64,000 bases of DNA, from contig CAWJQQ010000001.1 of NCBI GenBank assembly GCA_963845065.1, positions 768,001-832,000 of the forward strand, written 5' to 3'. The notes beneath the pieces are model-generated. The model was not told the origin of the DNA, ran no database searches, and was given only the letters and a program-made list of their open reading frames with translations. A program made the position numbers and the translations under genes. Shown piece after piece: positions 1 to 10,972 of the stretch. The first letter of the stretch is position 1; each line of letters begins with the position of its first letter. Source of the stretch: Nitrospirota bacterium (lineage in GTDB: Bacteria > Nitrospirota > UBA9217).

Positions 1-336
1 AAAATCGTGTAAGTTACATTTGCCCTCATATCTATAACACATTTTCGGAAGGTTGTCAGTGTGAGATTGTAATTTGAGATTTATTGGTTTCTAGTGATTT
101 ATGCCTATTTTCAACACTGACCGGGTCAAACCGGAGCCAAAAGTTTTTGATGCTACAGTCACGCGGGACACAGGTATCTTTCTATATAGCCTGACGGGAG
201 AACCTTTAAAGCCAGGGATTGACCTGTATGTTCTGACGAGGTCCGTGGTTTCTAAATGTGCCGCTTCTTTTCGCCCTTGTAGTAAGTATCAAGGAATTAG
301 CATCCTGTATCTCAAAGATTTGATTTGCCCGCCATG

Positions 337-1257
337 TCATTTAATCAACAATTCCAGTACCGCCTTCTGCGAATGCAGGCGGTTCTCTGCCTGATCAAAG
401 ACCACGGACTGAGGCCCATCGATGACTTCGGCCGCAATTTCCTCGCCGCGGTGGGCGGGTAGGCAATGCATCACGATCGCCTGAGCATTCGCGGCTTTCA
501 TCAGTTTCGCGTCTACCTGGTACCCCTGAAACGCCCTCAAACGAATTGCATGTTCCGCTTCCTGTCCCATGCTTGCCCAAACGTCGGTGTACAGGACATC
601 GGCATTTTCTGCGGCCTTGGCAGGGTCATTCACAATGCGCAGAACCGAGCCCGTTCGAGCAGCCTCCCGCTGTGCTTCGCGCATTACCCCGACATCGGGT
701 TCATAACCATGTGGACAACCGATGGAAATATGCATCCCGACCTTGACGCAAGCCTCAATGAGCGAGTTTGCCATATTGTTCCCATCGCCAACGTAGGCAA
801 GCTTAAGCCCTTTTAATTTTCTCTTCTTTTCCTGGATCGTGAAGAGGTCGGCAAGGACCTGACAGGGGTGGTGGAGGTCTGTTAACCCGTTAATGACTGG
901 TATTGTTGCATGCCGCGCCAGTTCTTCAACCGTGGTTTGGGCAAAGGTGCGAATCATAATTCCATCCAGGTAACGCGCGAGGACGCGCGCCGTGTCTGCA
1001 ACGAGTTCACCGCGGCCGATCTGGAGATCGTCGGATGAAAGAAATAGAGCATGACCACCGAGCTGGAACATGCCAGTTTCGAAAGACACTCTAGTTCTTG
1101 TCGAGGATTTTTCAAAGATCATGCCCAGGGTCTTCCCTTTGAGCGTTGCATGAGGCTTTCCTTGGCGTAAGAGTTTCTTTAAAACAGCGGATCGCTTGAG
1201 GATCTTCTCGATGTCCTTCAGCGTCAGGTCTGAAATCGCAAGCAGATCTTTTTTCAT
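337..1257 (-). CDS. argF: Ornithine carbamoyltransferase
   Basis: 306 aa; FEKSSTRTR, HPCQ and HCLPAHRGEE motifs; adjacent to argD. Confidence 0.97.
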   Translation of the reverse strand: MKKDLLAISDLTLKDIEKILKRSAVLKKLLRQGKPHATLKGKTLGMIFEKSSTRTRVSFETGMFQLGGHALFLSSDDLQIGRGELVADTARVLARYLDGIMIRTFAQTTVEELARHATIPVINGLTDLHHPCQVLADLFTIQEKKRKLKGLKLAYVGDGNNMANSLIEACVKVGMHISIGCPHGYEPDVGVMREAQREAARTGSVLRIVNDPAKAAENADVLYTDVWASMGQEAEHAIRLRAFQGYQVDAKLMKAANAQAIVMHCLPAHRGEEIAAEVIDGPQSVVFDQAENRLHSQKAVLELLIK

Positions 1258-1353
1258 TCATTCTCCAGAGGAAGTTGATAGCTTATGGTCTTTGTAACAA
1301 ACATCAGGCTATGCCGTTCGTTGTAAACAATGAGTCTTCAGCGAAGAGCCTAA

Positions 1354-2547
1354 TTATCGTTTTGCAAATATCCCGTCGAGCGTCTCCAGAAGACGATCGA
1401 CCTCCTGCTCGGTTATGATGAGTGGAGGCATGAACCGCAGCACATAATCAATAGTGCAGTTGATCAGCAGACCTTCCTTGATGCAGGCACTAACTATGTC
1501 TTTGCCGGGAAAGTCCAGTTCCATCCCGATGAGTAATCCCCTGCCTCGGACGTCCTTGATGAAGGAATATTTCTTCTTAAGGTTTTCCAGCCCCTGTAGA
1601 AAGTGCCGGCCGAGTTGTTCTACGGCCGGAATGATAATGTCGTCCTCGATTAGTGTCTCAAACGAGGCCAGTGCCGCAGCGCAGGCAAGTGGATTTCCTC
1701 CGAAGGTTGAGCCGTGGGACCCCGGTGTGAGGGCTTGAGCCGCTTTTTCAGTGGCAATGATCGCACCAATAGGCATGCCGGCGCCCAATCCTTTTGCAAG
1801 CGCCGCTACATCCGGCACAATGTTATCATGTTCATAGGCAAAGAGTTTTCCAGTCCGCCCCATGCCGGTCTGGATTTCGTCGAGCAACAGTAAGAGCTTG
1901 TTGCGGTCGCAGATATCTCTGAGCGCCTTTAAGTATCCGTCGGCGGGAACGTTCACGCCACCTTCTCCCTGGATTGGTTCCACGAGTATTGCGCAAGAGT
2001 GTTCGTTCATTGCCGCTTCGACTGCACCGATGTCATCGTAGGGAACGTACTGAAAGCCCGGGAGCATGGGCTCAAACCCCTTATGGAGCCGCTCCTGAGC
2101 TGTAGCCGTGAGCGCGCCCAGGGTACGGCCATGGAACGAGCCTCGCATAGTGATGATCTCGTACCGGTCTTCCTTCAATACCTCGCGGCTGTACCGACGT
2201 GCAAGCTTGATGGCAGCTTCGATGGCCTCGGTGCCAGAATTACAAAAAAACACTTTTTCCGCAAAAGAATGCGTTACGAGCGCTTTCGCGAGGTTGATCT
2301 GTGGCTCATTATGATAGTGGTTCGACACGTGCATCAGTCGCTGGGCCTGTTTCTGGAGCGCTACGACAACCCTAGGGTGACAGTGCCCAAGGTTATTTAC
2401 TGCCACGCCGGAGACAAAGTCGATATATTCCCTTCCATCGGAGTCGAATACCCTGGTTCCTCGGCCTTTAATAAGAACGAGCGGCTGCCGCCCATAGGTA
2501 TTCATAATGTATTTTTGAGAATCCGCAAGAATATCATTCGTGATCAT
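1354..2547 (-). CDS. argD: Acetylornithine aminotransferase (class III PLP enzyme)
   Basis: FFCNSGTEAIE, SFHGRT, DEIQTGMGRTG, LAKGLGAG and HGSTFGGNP motifs; start moved to ATG 2547 (MITND) because the longer ORF runs into the IS remnant. Confidence 0.93.
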   Translation of the reverse strand: MITNDILADSQKYIMNTYGRQPLVLIKGRGTRVFDSDGREYIDFVSGVAVNNLGHCHPRVVVALQKQAQRLMHVSNHYHNEPQINLAKALVTHSFAEKVFFCNSGTEAIEAAIKLARRYSREVLKEDRYEIITMRGSFHGRTLGALTATAQERLHKGFEPMLPGFQYVPYDDIGAVEAAMNEHSCAILVEPIQGEGGVNVPADGYLKALRDICDRNKLLLLLDEIQTGMGRTGKLFAYEHDNIVPDVAALAKGLGAGMPIGAIIATEKAAQALTPGSHGSTFGGNPLACAAALASFETLIEDDIIIPAVEQLGRHFLQGLENLKKKYSFIKDVRGRGLLIGMELDFPGKDIVSACIKEGLLINCTIDYVLRFMPPLIITEQEVDRLLETLDGIFAKR

Positions 2548-2629
2548 AGATTGAAAAGTAGCATAGTCAGGTTGAAAAATCAAACGGAAATTCATGTACA
2601 TTCTACCGGAATGAGCCGCGACTTGTGAC

Positions 2630-3433
2630 CTAAGCCCTTGCATCTCCATAAGCCCCTGGGTTTATCCATGGGGTTAGGAGTTACAGTTTCAGAATATAAT
2701 TGATACAGAATTTTGATGCAACTAGACAAATATTCGCCTTTCTGCCATGTTGAATATCATTAATGTCTAGAAAATCCAAAACTCCGCCGTTTATCCATGA
2801 ATTGCCTCTTCTGGTCAATACCCGCGAGGAGCAGGCACTCCTTGTTCGCATGGACATGCCGCAGCTCAATAATACTTGCCTCGACGAATCCCTTGTAGGC
2901 TAACTCTTCTCCAACAGTCAAAACAGTGTAAAGCAGGCCGCAGGATTCCCTTACGGATAAAGAAACTCTCTCGGCTGCGTTCAAGGCTGTGAACGAGCTG
3001 TTTGAGTTCAATGCCTACGACATGCAAAAGTTGGCAGCAAAAAACGCCTGTCACATCGGCGATCACCTGGATGTTCACACGATCCAGAAGATCGTTCCCG
3101 GGCATTTTATGCAGTACAAAAATATGCTTTTCAAAAGAGAGGTAGACTCAGGTTCAAGGGTAAATATCAAATCGTGAGCGTCAGGTCCTGACCGGGTGCG
3201 GAACCGCTCCTAGCACAGGCGATATCGAGACTTCTTCTCCAATCTGCAAATGCGGGGACTGCATTTCCCCATAGCTTCGGTCTCAACTGGAGGCAGCGTG
3301 GTTCGCCTGTGAAAGAAGGCCATACCAAAAACAATATCCGGGATGTTGTAGCGGCCGGCCCATGCTCGTCGTGAGAGCCCGGAAAAGAAATTAGATTTTT
3401 AGAAATCCCGGCCTTTAGTCTTGGGGAAGTTCA
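2630..3433 (+). mobile_element. Internally deleted IS200/IS605-family (tnpB-type) element
   Basis: Left-end hairpin CCCCTGGGTTTATCCATGGGG at 2653-2673; decayed TnpB-like N-terminus from 2763 (MSRKSKTPPFIHELPLLV...HIGDHLDVHTIQK...AVQKYAFQKRGRLRFKG across frameshifts); 3' part ends in hairpin and GGGGAAGTTCA at 3433; homologous to 30386-30850. Confidence 0.75.
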
Positions 3434-3458
3434 GTAACTGGGTGTTATCGTGTCAGCT

Positions 3459-4283
3459 TCATTGGATATAGCCAGCACCGACGTAAAAGATCACTGCGGC
3501 GCGGATTGCGTAGCGTTGCATGCCCCAGTCGTCGGGAAGCGGTTGGAAAGGGGCCGCTGCTTTGATCGCGCGTACTGCTTCGTCATCGAGGATTTTGAAG
3601 CCCGATGATTTTAGAACCTCGACGCTGCCAAGGGAGCCGTCCTTCAGAATGTCGAACTTGATATAGAGTGTCCCCTGATAGCCGGATATGGCGGCTAGCT
3701 CGGGGTATTTAAGCACGCTCTCGACCTTGATCTTGAGCCAGCGGTTGTAGGACATAAACTTGAACTCGTCCGTATCGAGCGTAACTGAATTATCGCCGAG
3801 ATGCTTTTTCGGCATGCCTTTACGGGCAAGTTCGTCGATGTCGTTTTGCGTCAGAAAGGGAAGCGGCCCGGAATACTTATGCAACTGTGGCACGCCTGTT
3901 TTCCCTGTTTCTTTCCCTTCCTCGGCACCCTCGCTTACTCCTGTGCGTGGCATTGTCTTCGGCAGTTTGATCTCGTTGCTTTCCCCGAATTTTTTTGGCA
4001 TCGGTACTTCACTGGGCGGCAGTGGTTTTTCCGGGACGATGCGCTGGGGAACAGGTGGTATGGGCACAGGCTGTTGCAACGGCGGCAGCTTATTGGTATC
4101 CTGCGGCGGAAGGCTAACGATGCTGACCGGCGTAAACGTCGGGATCTCAGTCAATGAGGGCTTGAGGAGGAACAACACCGCGGCTATGACCAACGCATGC
4201 AAGGCGAGGGAAACGATGAGAAATTTTGTGAGATGTAAATGCCGGGGCATAAGATTCAGAGGGTCAACAGGGCAAGGATTCAT
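3459..4283 (-). CDS. tonB: TonB-family energy transducer
   Basis: N-terminal TM helix with SLALH, Pro-rich linker, C-terminal YPELA...G...F.I..DG.....V.KSSG..ILD.EA domain. Confidence 0.85.
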   Translation of the reverse strand: MNPCPVDPLNLMPRHLHLTKFLIVSLALHALVIAAVLFLLKPSLTEIPTFTPVSIVSLPPQDTNKLPPLQQPVPIPPVPQRIVPEKPLPPSEVPMPKKFGESNEIKLPKTMPRTGVSEGAEEGKETGKTGVPQLHKYSGPLPFLTQNDIDELARKGMPKKHLGDNSVTLDTDEFKFMSYNRWLKIKVESVLKYPELAAISGYQGTLYIKFDILKDGSLGSVEVLKSSGFKILDDEAVRAIKAAAPFQPLPDDWGMQRYAIRAAVIFYVGAGYIQ

Positions 4284-4353
4284 TTAAAAATCAGTAGCTT
4301 TATCCGCTTTGCACCAGTTCTTGCGAGAAATTTAAGTCAGGGTCCATCTGCAG

Positions 4354-5397
4354 CTATATCGATTCCTGCATCCGGTCGGAGACTTCTCGGAGCAGCTTTA
4401 GGATCGACTCTGCCTTGTCAGGGGTAAGGCTACCCAGCCCACAGGACGGGGTAATGAGGCACTGGCTGACAATGGTATCGCGCGCGATCCCATTCGCTTC
4501 CAGCCGCCTTATTCCACCTCCGAGCTTTTCAAGAAGTATTCCTGCTGTCTCGTTTCCCGTATATGCACCCGCTGGGACAATGCCCCAGGCAAGCGCGCCG
4601 CCGCGGTTGAGAAACTTTTTGATGGCGTCGGGGTAGAGTAATATCTTGTCCATATACCCGAAAGCATCGAAGTTGACAATGTCGATCCCCGTGTCGAACA
4701 GCATGGACCAGTCAGCGTTGCCGCAGCAGTGGATGCCGGCTATCCCGTCCCGCTCGTGGATCATTTCGATGATTTCGTTCAGTTTTTCGACGACAACCTC
4801 GGAGGAAACAGCAGAAAAGGCCGAGCCGAGCGACTCCATGGCAGGCTCGTCAATGAAGATTATGATCGGTTTCCCGAATTGTTTAAATTGCCCGATTTGC
4901 CACGCCGCTTTCATGGCGAGCCCCTTGACTACCGCATCGAACAGTACGTCATTATGGACAATGTCCTTGCCTGTTTCATCCTTGAAGGAAATGCCGGCAG
5001 TAAGCGGACCGGTGATTTGGCCTTTGATGTACCGTGTGTTGTTAGGAATCCCTTTTTTCAAATTTCCGAGAAAGGCATAGAACCCGGCTGCATAGTCTTC
5101 CGATAGTTTAAAAAAATCATAATCCTTCTCGAGGTAACGTTCGAAGAATTTTTCGAGTTCCGGCGTAAGGTCCTTCGATGAGTCGAAATAAAACCGGCTT
5201 TTCTTTTCATCGAGCCTTAAACCAGGCAGGGACTCACTAAACTGGTTGTCCATCTGCTCGCGGAAGTCCCTCTGGGGAAGCTGAGGCCAGATTGGCGCTT
5301 CATAAAGATATTGAAGCGAAAGGATCGCTGCCTTGTCGGCGTCCGTGACCGGTAAGCTGCCGATGCCGGTAGCGATACAATTGAAACGAAGATTCAT
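4354..5397 (-). CDS. Short MetE-core (URO-D/MetE superfamily) methionine synthase-like protein
   Basis: 347 aa; ATGIGSLP, PIWPQLP, IDEP, GIHCCG and ITPSCGLG zinc-ligand motifs; no N-terminal folate-binding half. Confidence 0.75.
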   Translation of the reverse strand: MNLRFNCIATGIGSLPVTDADKAAILSLQYLYEAPIWPQLPQRDFREQMDNQFSESLPGLRLDEKKSRFYFDSSKDLTPELEKFFERYLEKDYDFFKLSEDYAAGFYAFLGNLKKGIPNNTRYIKGQITGPLTAGISFKDETGKDIVHNDVLFDAVVKGLAMKAAWQIGQFKQFGKPIIIFIDEPAMESLGSAFSAVSSEVVVEKLNEIIEMIHERDGIAGIHCCGNADWSMLFDTGIDIVNFDAFGYMDKILLYPDAIKKFLNRGGALAWGIVPAGAYTGNETAGILLEKLGGGIRRLEANGIARDTIVSQCLITPSCGLGSLTPDKAESILKLLREVSDRMQESI

Positions 5398-5575
5398 GAC
5401 ATTAGACCTCGCATTAAGAAAAAAGTTACATTTTTTATTATATATTTAGCCGTAGGAAAAAACAACTTAAATGATTAAAAATGACGGAATCGTTCTCTCC
5501 TGGAAGATTATATAATATATCAAGCACAGCTATAATACCGTTTTTATCTTTACAGAATCTATAATAACCGGTACT

Positions 5576-5944
5576 ATGCAGTACATGAATTACGGTGCGA
5601 AAGCAATCAAACGAGCCAAACTCGAACTCTGGCCCAATCCAAACCCTGACCGCGACTATGTAATCGACATCTCTTATCCTGAATTCACATGCCTCTGCCC
5701 GCGCTCGGGCTATCCCGATTTCGCGAATATCAAGATTATCTATACACCGGACAAAAAAGTCTTGGAACTCAAGTCACTGAAACTTTGGCTTAACAGTTTC
5801 CGGGACCAGTGCATTTCTCACGAAGCCGTGACAAATCTGATCTTTGGCACCCTTGCATTAAACCTCAAGCCGCGCGCCCTGGAAGTAGTCGGTGATTTCA
5901 ACGTGCGGGGAAACGTGAAGACCTTGATACGAGTTGTACTATAA
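5576..5944 (+). CDS. queF: NADPH-dependent 7-cyano-7-deazaguanine reductase (short type)
   Basis: [27 protein letters not shown] and RG motifs. Confidence 0.95.
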   Translation: MQYMNYGAKAIKRAKLELWPNPNPDRDYVIDISYPEFTCLCPRSGYPDFANIKIIYTPDKKVLELKSLKLWLNSFRDQCISHEAVTNLIFGTLALNLKPRALEVVGDFNVRGNVKTLIRVVL

Positions 5945-6118
5945 TCAGGCAAGCGGCCACGCTACTTTTCATACCTCCTATATCGTGGCGTCATAGCTCT
6001 TTTTTTTCGTGTAATTCTTCCTAAAACATCACCTAACTCAACGAAATATCTTGACTATTTTACAGAGCCATGTTATCAATGCACTGTTGTGGCGCACTCA
6101 ATAACACAGAGGTTGTAC

Positions 6119-6552
6119 ATGAAGTTTTCGATTAAAATCGGAATTCCCATTCTTGTGTTTTCATTCATCGTTCCCTTCATATCAAGTGCCGCTATCGTCT
6201 CCGAGTCATTCGTACCACTCGTGAAAAAAGAGATGCCCGCGGCCGAAAACATTTTGACCAAACAGATTGTCAAATTACAGCAGCAATCACCTTTTGGCGA
6301 CCCGCAAATGAATCATTTCCCCATCGGTTTTTCAGCGGGAGGCCGCAACGTAAACAGATGAGACAGAACCTCGGCTCTGTGTTTATAATCAATGATGATG
6401 GCTACATATTGACGAACAACCATGTTGTTGAAATGATGAAAGACATCAAGGTCGCCCTCGAGGATGGCATGAGTTACTTTGTATTTACGATAAGAATGCC
6501 TTTCAAGCAAGGAGACGGCGAGAATAAAGTCGTTTATTTTAAGGTCAAGTAA
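6119..6552 (+). pseudogene. Internally deleted HtrA/DegP-type protease remnant
   Basis: Signal peptide, [12 protein letters not shown], then in another frame [20 protein letters not shown]...IKVAL; catalytic Ser region and PDZ domains missing. Confidence 0.75.
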
Positions 6553-6687
6553 ACCCATTTATCATCATGAATATATGGTTTGATAAGAAACTCAGGTACC
6601 TTAGTATTAAGATGTAATACTTTCCTTCGTGCCTCGGCATCTCTGTAGTGATGCCCTGATGATTCGCACTGGAAAAAGGAGAAGCCT

Positions 6688-7023
6688 ATGTTTGGTCTCG
6701 GGATAGGTGAATTACTCGTCATATTCGTCATAGCTCTCGTGGTTTTCGGTCCCAAGAAGCTTCCGGAAATTGGACGATCCGTGGGGCGGGCCATGATGGA
6801 GTTCAAAAAAGCATCCCAGGAATTTCAGGAATCCATGCGTGAGGAAATGAAGGAAGTCGAAAAGAACACGCATCTCGACGAGATCAAGAAACTCGGCAAT
6901 ATCCAACTTCCTGATTACGACGAACCCACACCGGCAAAGGCCCCGGAAACGCAGGTAGCGAACCAAAATGCTGAACAAAAGCCGGAAGAGCACAAGAGCG
7001 AGGAGACCAAGGGCAATGGCTGA
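6688..7023 (+). CDS. tatA: Twin-arginine translocase TatA/TatB subunit
   Basis: MFGLGIGELLVIFVIALVVFGPKKLPEIGRSVG; good RBS; may functionally be TatB. Confidence 0.9.
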   Translation: MFGLGIGELLVIFVIALVVFGPKKLPEIGRSVGRAMMEFKKASQEFQESMREEMKEVEKNTHLDEIKKLGNIQLPDYDEPTPAKAPETQVANQNAEQKPEEHKSEETKGNG

Positions 7024-7819
7024 AGAAGATATTAGGATGTCCTTCTGGGGCCATTTGGAAGAACTGAGGAAAAGACTTGTACACTCATTCATCTGGATCA
7101 TCATTGGCTTCGGCATTTGCTTTAATTATTCCGAGAACATTCTGGCTGCGCTAATGTGGCCAATGAACTCGAAGATTGTCATCAAGCACACGTTCCCGTT
7201 CTTTTCCTCCATTCCGAATGCAGTCCCGCAGATGTTGCACTACACAACGTTGATAGAGCCATTCTGGTCCCACTTGAAGATCGGACTCATCGCTGGCCTC
7301 ATGCTCGTGTTCCCTTTCGTCATGCGCGAGCTATGGAAGTTCTTCTCTCCGGCGTTGCAGATGAAAGAGCGGCGCTACATAGGGTACTTTGTCCTTTTTT
7401 CCACGCTGTTTTTCGCTGCCGGGGTCCTTTTCTGTTTCATGGTGTTGCTACCTATCGCCATCCCCTTTCTATTGACTTATAAAACCGCGAACCTTATCGC
7501 GATCATCAAGATCGGCGACTATATCGATTTCGTCCTCAAGTTTCTGCTGGCGAGCGGGCTCGTGTTCGAACTTCCTCTCATTATTGTTCTCTTGAGCCGT
7601 ATGGGCATTGTGAACCCCGCGGTACTGGCTAAACACCGGAAATTCGCGATTCTCGGGGCGTTCATCCTAGGTGCGATCCTGACGCCCACGCCGGATGTGT
7701 TCAACCAGACCATACTTTCCATCCCCATCTATTTGTTGTATGAACTGGGCATTCTTTTTGCCCGTGTATTCGGAAGAGCGAAAAAAGCGAAGGCGACGGA
7801 CCTGATGGAGACGAAATAG
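7016..7819 (+). CDS. tatC: Twin-arginine translocase TatC
   Basis: HLEELRKRL, FSPAL, FELP, ILTPTPD and LYELGI motifs; start at ATG 7016 overlapping the upstream gene. Confidence 0.96.
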   Translation: MAEEDIRMSFWGHLEELRKRLVHSFIWIIIGFGICFNYSENILAALMWPMNSKIVIKHTFPFFSSIPNAVPQMLHYTTLIEPFWSHLKIGLIAGLMLVFPFVMRELWKFFSPALQMKERRYIGYFVLFSTLFFAAGVLFCFMVLLPIAIPFLLTYKTANLIAIIKIGDYIDFVLKFLLASGLVFELPLIIVLLSRMGIVNPAVLAKHRKFAILGAFILGAILTPTPDVFNQTILSIPIYLLYELGILFARVFGRAKKAKATDLMETK

Positions 7820-8002
7820 ATGAAACCTTATAAAACGGACATGGTCTTATGGAAGCATCCCTGCTTACATGACTCAAGGACGGGCTCCAGGCAGGGCTAT
7901 CAATTTTCCCTTCCTCTTAATGGATTTTTCAGTACAAGTCTGCATATGTGTGATTAATAAATCGAGAATAGAAGAACGTCTCCATCAAATATCGGACATT
8001 AT

Positions 8003-8506
8003 ATGCATGTTTTTTCCTTCATAGCCGCGGCCTCGAACAGCGGCAAAACGACTCTCCTGGAGAAAGTCGTGGTAATCCTCAAAGCCAAAGGCCTGCGAGT
8101 GGCCGTAGTGAAACACACCTCAATGGGTTTTGATCTTGACAAGCCCAAAAAGGACTCCTGGCGCTTTCAAAAAGCCGGCGCGGACACGGTGGTACTCGTG
8201 GGTCCGGGGAAGATGGCGATTATGAAGACGGTTGACCACGAACCATCGCCGCAAGAGCTTCTTCAGGCGACAGGAGACGCGGATATAGTAATTTGTGAAG
8301 GGTTTAAAAAGAACGATATGAACATGATCGAGGTCTTCCGTCACGGCGCCTCAGGAGAGCAGCCCCTCTGTTTGGGTGGTACTTCGTCGTTTCTCGCCTT
8401 GGTAAGCGACCGACCTTTCTCTGTGTCCATTCCTCACTTTGACCTGAACGACGCCAACGGCGTCGCGGATTTTCTGATAAATAAAATTCGTAGTATTGAA
8501 TCATAA
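8003..8506 (+). CDS. mobB: Molybdopterin-guanine dinucleotide biosynthesis protein B
   Basis: SNSGKTTLLE P-loop, VKH...FDLDKPKKDSWRF..AGA and EGFK motifs. Confidence 0.92.
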   Translation: MHVFSFIAAASNSGKTTLLEKVVVILKAKGLRVAVVKHTSMGFDLDKPKKDSWRFQKAGADTVVLVGPGKMAIMKTVDHEPSPQELLQATGDADIVICEGFKKNDMNMIEVFRHGASGEQPLCLGGTSSFLALVSDRPFSVSIPHFDLNDANGVADFLINKIRSIES

Positions 8507-8840
8507 GAAATGAAATCATAGTCAGAGTGCAGCCTCCGGCAATAAAGCTTACGAATATGAATCATGGCTCCGCACATGTAAGACACACAGGCAGAGATCG
8601 CTGTATAGCATTCGGATTGCTGAGGCCTTAACCCTGAGCGAATAGATCCATTATGGTTAAAAAATCGGGTCTCCATATTGTTGAATCGTTTCCAAAACTC
8701 TTATCAAAAAAACTGATTGAAATATCATATTAATTTATAGGATATATTTTTTTTTCATTGACATTCTTGACGGTTTTACATATTTTATGTGCAACATCTT
8801 GTACCCTTAAACGCACAGGCGCACGCGAGAAAGATTACCC

Positions 8841-10124
8841 ATGTCCGGAACACTTTCGAAGAAGCTTTTTGCAGAAGCAAAAAAACATATACCTGGCGGT
8901 GTGAATAGTCCGGTGCGGGCGTTCCGTTCCGTGGGTGGCGAACCGCTTTTCATCAAGAAAGCAAAGGGATCAAAGATCTATGATGCCGATGGAAAAGTGT
9001 ATATCGATTATGTTCTTTCCTGGGGTCCGATGATCCTGGGGCACACCCATCCCGTTGTGACCGCAGCGCTCAAAAAGGCGATCGTAAATGGTACCAGTTT
9101 CGGAGCTCCGACAGAGCTTGAGATTACGCTCGCCAAGATGGTGAAAAAAGCTTTTCCTTCCATCGAACTGGTGCGCATGGTAAGTTCCGGCACTGAAGCG
9201 ACTATGAGCGCCATCAGGGTCGCACGGGGATATACGCATCGGGACAAGATCGTCAAGTTCGAGGGTGGTTACCACGGACACGGCAACAGCCTGCTGGTGA
9301 AGGCAGGAAGCGGCGTGGCCACCTTTGGTCTGCCGGACAGCCCCGGTGTGCCGGCTGACCTGGCGAAGCTAACCATCACGATTCCGTTCAACGACGTTGC
9401 TGCATTCAAAGATATCGCGTCCCGTGAAGGTGATCAGATCGCGTGTATTATCGTAGAGCCGGTGGCGGGGAATATGGGCTGCGTTCCACCGGAGCCCGGA
9501 TTTCTCGAAGGTCTTAGGCAGGTCTGCGACCAGTACAGCATCGTCCTCATTTTCGATGAAGTTATGACCGGTTTCCGCGTGGCATACGGCGGGGCCCAGC
9601 AGTTGTATAAGATCAAGCCTGACCTTACCTGCCTCGGCAAGGTGATTGGCGGTGGGCTGCCGGTCGGAGCCTTCGGAGGCAGACGCGTTATTATGGAAAA
9701 TATCGCTCCAATCGGCCCCATCTATCAGGCTGGTACGCTCTCCGGGAACCCTCTGGCCATGACCGCTGGCATCGAGACATTGAAAATCCTCTCCAAACCC
9801 GGTGTCTACAATTCGCTCGAAAAAAGTTCTGCTGATCTTCAAAAGGGTTTGGGCGACGCAGCGAAAGAAGCGGGAGTGCCGATCATGTTCAACCGGGTTG
9901 GATCAATGTTCACCGGTTTCTTTACGGACCAGAAGGTGAAGGATTTTGCCAGTGCAAAAACATCTGATTCAACACGCTTCGGAAAGTACTTCCTGTCCAT
10001 GCTAAAGAACGGCATCAATCTCGCGCCATCGCAGTTCGAGGCCGCGTTTATGTCCTTGGCTCACACCAAGGCGGACATTTACAAGACCATCGAAGCGGCG
10101 AGAAAGAGTCTGAAAGGCTTTTAG
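8841..10124 (+). CDS. hemL: Glutamate-1-semialdehyde 2,1-aminomutase
   Basis: [43 protein letters not shown] and [10 protein letters not shown] motifs. Confidence 0.97.
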   Translation: MSGTLSKKLFAEAKKHIPGGVNSPVRAFRSVGGEPLFIKKAKGSKIYDADGKVYIDYVLSWGPMILGHTHPVVTAALKKAIVNGTSFGAPTELEITLAKMVKKAFPSIELVRMVSSGTEATMSAIRVARGYTHRDKIVKFEGGYHGHGNSLLVKAGSGVATFGLPDSPGVPADLAKLTITIPFNDVAAFKDIASREGDQIACIIVEPVAGNMGCVPPEPGFLEGLRQVCDQYSIVLIFDEVMTGFRVAYGGAQQLYKIKPDLTCLGKVIGGGLPVGAFGGRRVIMENIAPIGPIYQAGTLSGNPLAMTAGIETLKILSKPGVYNSLEKSSADLQKGLGDAAKEAGVPIMFNRVGSMFTGFFTDQKVKDFASAKTSDSTRFGKYFLSMLKNGINLAPSQFEAAFMSLAHTKADIYKTIEAARKSLKGF

Positions 10125-10234
10125 GAAGTTTATACTGCAGTGATCACGGAGAAAAGCAGGATTTAAGAATTAATGTCCAAGAACGAGTTGCTGCCTAAGC
10201 TTCGGGAAAAGGCATTGGCATAGCATAATCATTT

Positions 10235-10486
10235 ATGGAAGAAAAAGATCGTGAGCTAATGCGCATGCTGGGCGTCTTGAGCACGGTGGGGCTGACCTTG
10301 GTGTTTGCAACGGCCATCGGTCTTTTTATCGGGCTCAAACTCGACAAATGGCTTGGTACATCGCCCTGGCTTACTGCAGTCTTTGTGCTGTTAGGTCTTA
10401 TAGCGGGATTTCGGAACCTATTCGTGTACGCCAAACGAAGTCAAAAAATACTCGAAGAAGACGAAGAAAAAAAGCATGACCGATGA
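10235..10486 (+). CDS. AtpZ/AtpI-family (ATP synthase gene 1) membrane protein
   Basis: 83 aa; IGLFIGLKLDKWLGTSPW...GLIAGFRN signature. Confidence 0.85.
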   Translation: MEEKDRELMRMLGVLSTVGLTLVFATAIGLFIGLKLDKWLGTSPWLTAVFVLLGLIAGFRNLFVYAKRSQKILEEDEEKKHDR

Positions 10487-10916
10487 AGTGCAGACTCGAC
10501 GCAGGGCAGTAACTAATATTTTGAAGGCTGTGACCCGGAAAACCGCCTTGCTTGTTCTTCCTGTAACTGTTGCCACACTGGCATATGCGCTTGTCCAACA
10601 GCGGGGAGAGCGCTGGTGGTTCGTACCTGCGAGCATTCTTTTCGGCGGCGCGCTTGGGCTCCTCAATTTTCGCTGGCTTGCAATAGCAGTCGAACGAGTG
10701 TACCTGCGGAAGGGTGCGACAGCCGTACTTTCAAGCCTGGCAGCGGCGGTCATAGGCGTTCTCAAGCTTGCGCTCATTTTTATCATTCTTTTTGTTGTCA
10801 TGAAATGGCATCTCGTCCATATTTTTGGTCTTGTCGGAGGACTTACTCTCTGCTTTCTGGCCATTTTGTGGGAAGGAGCGACATTAATGAAGCAGACACT
10901 GAAACCCGACACCTAG
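10476..10916 (+). CDS. ATP synthase subunit I-like membrane protein
   Basis: Four TM helices, SILFGGALGLLNFRWL motif, directly follows the AtpZ-family gene. Confidence 0.7.
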   Translation: MTDEVQTRRRAVTNILKAVTRKTALLVLPVTVATLAYALVQQRGERWWFVPASILFGGALGLLNFRWLAIAVERVYLRKGATAVLSSLAAAVIGVLKLALIFIILFVVMKWHLVHIFGLVGGLTLCFLAILWEGATLMKQTLKPDT

Positions 10917-10972
10917 TGGGGCAATAACCGCCGCTATCGGCAGGAAAGGAATATAAGAGAGGAGTCAATGTC

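Noticed and set aside
101..394. 97-aa plus-strand ORF
   Set aside because: Overlaps the argF 3' end on the opposite strand; no RBS or motif
2548..2649. N-terminal extension of argD in the ORF track
   Set aside because: Extends into the IS left end; the homologous region starts near MITND
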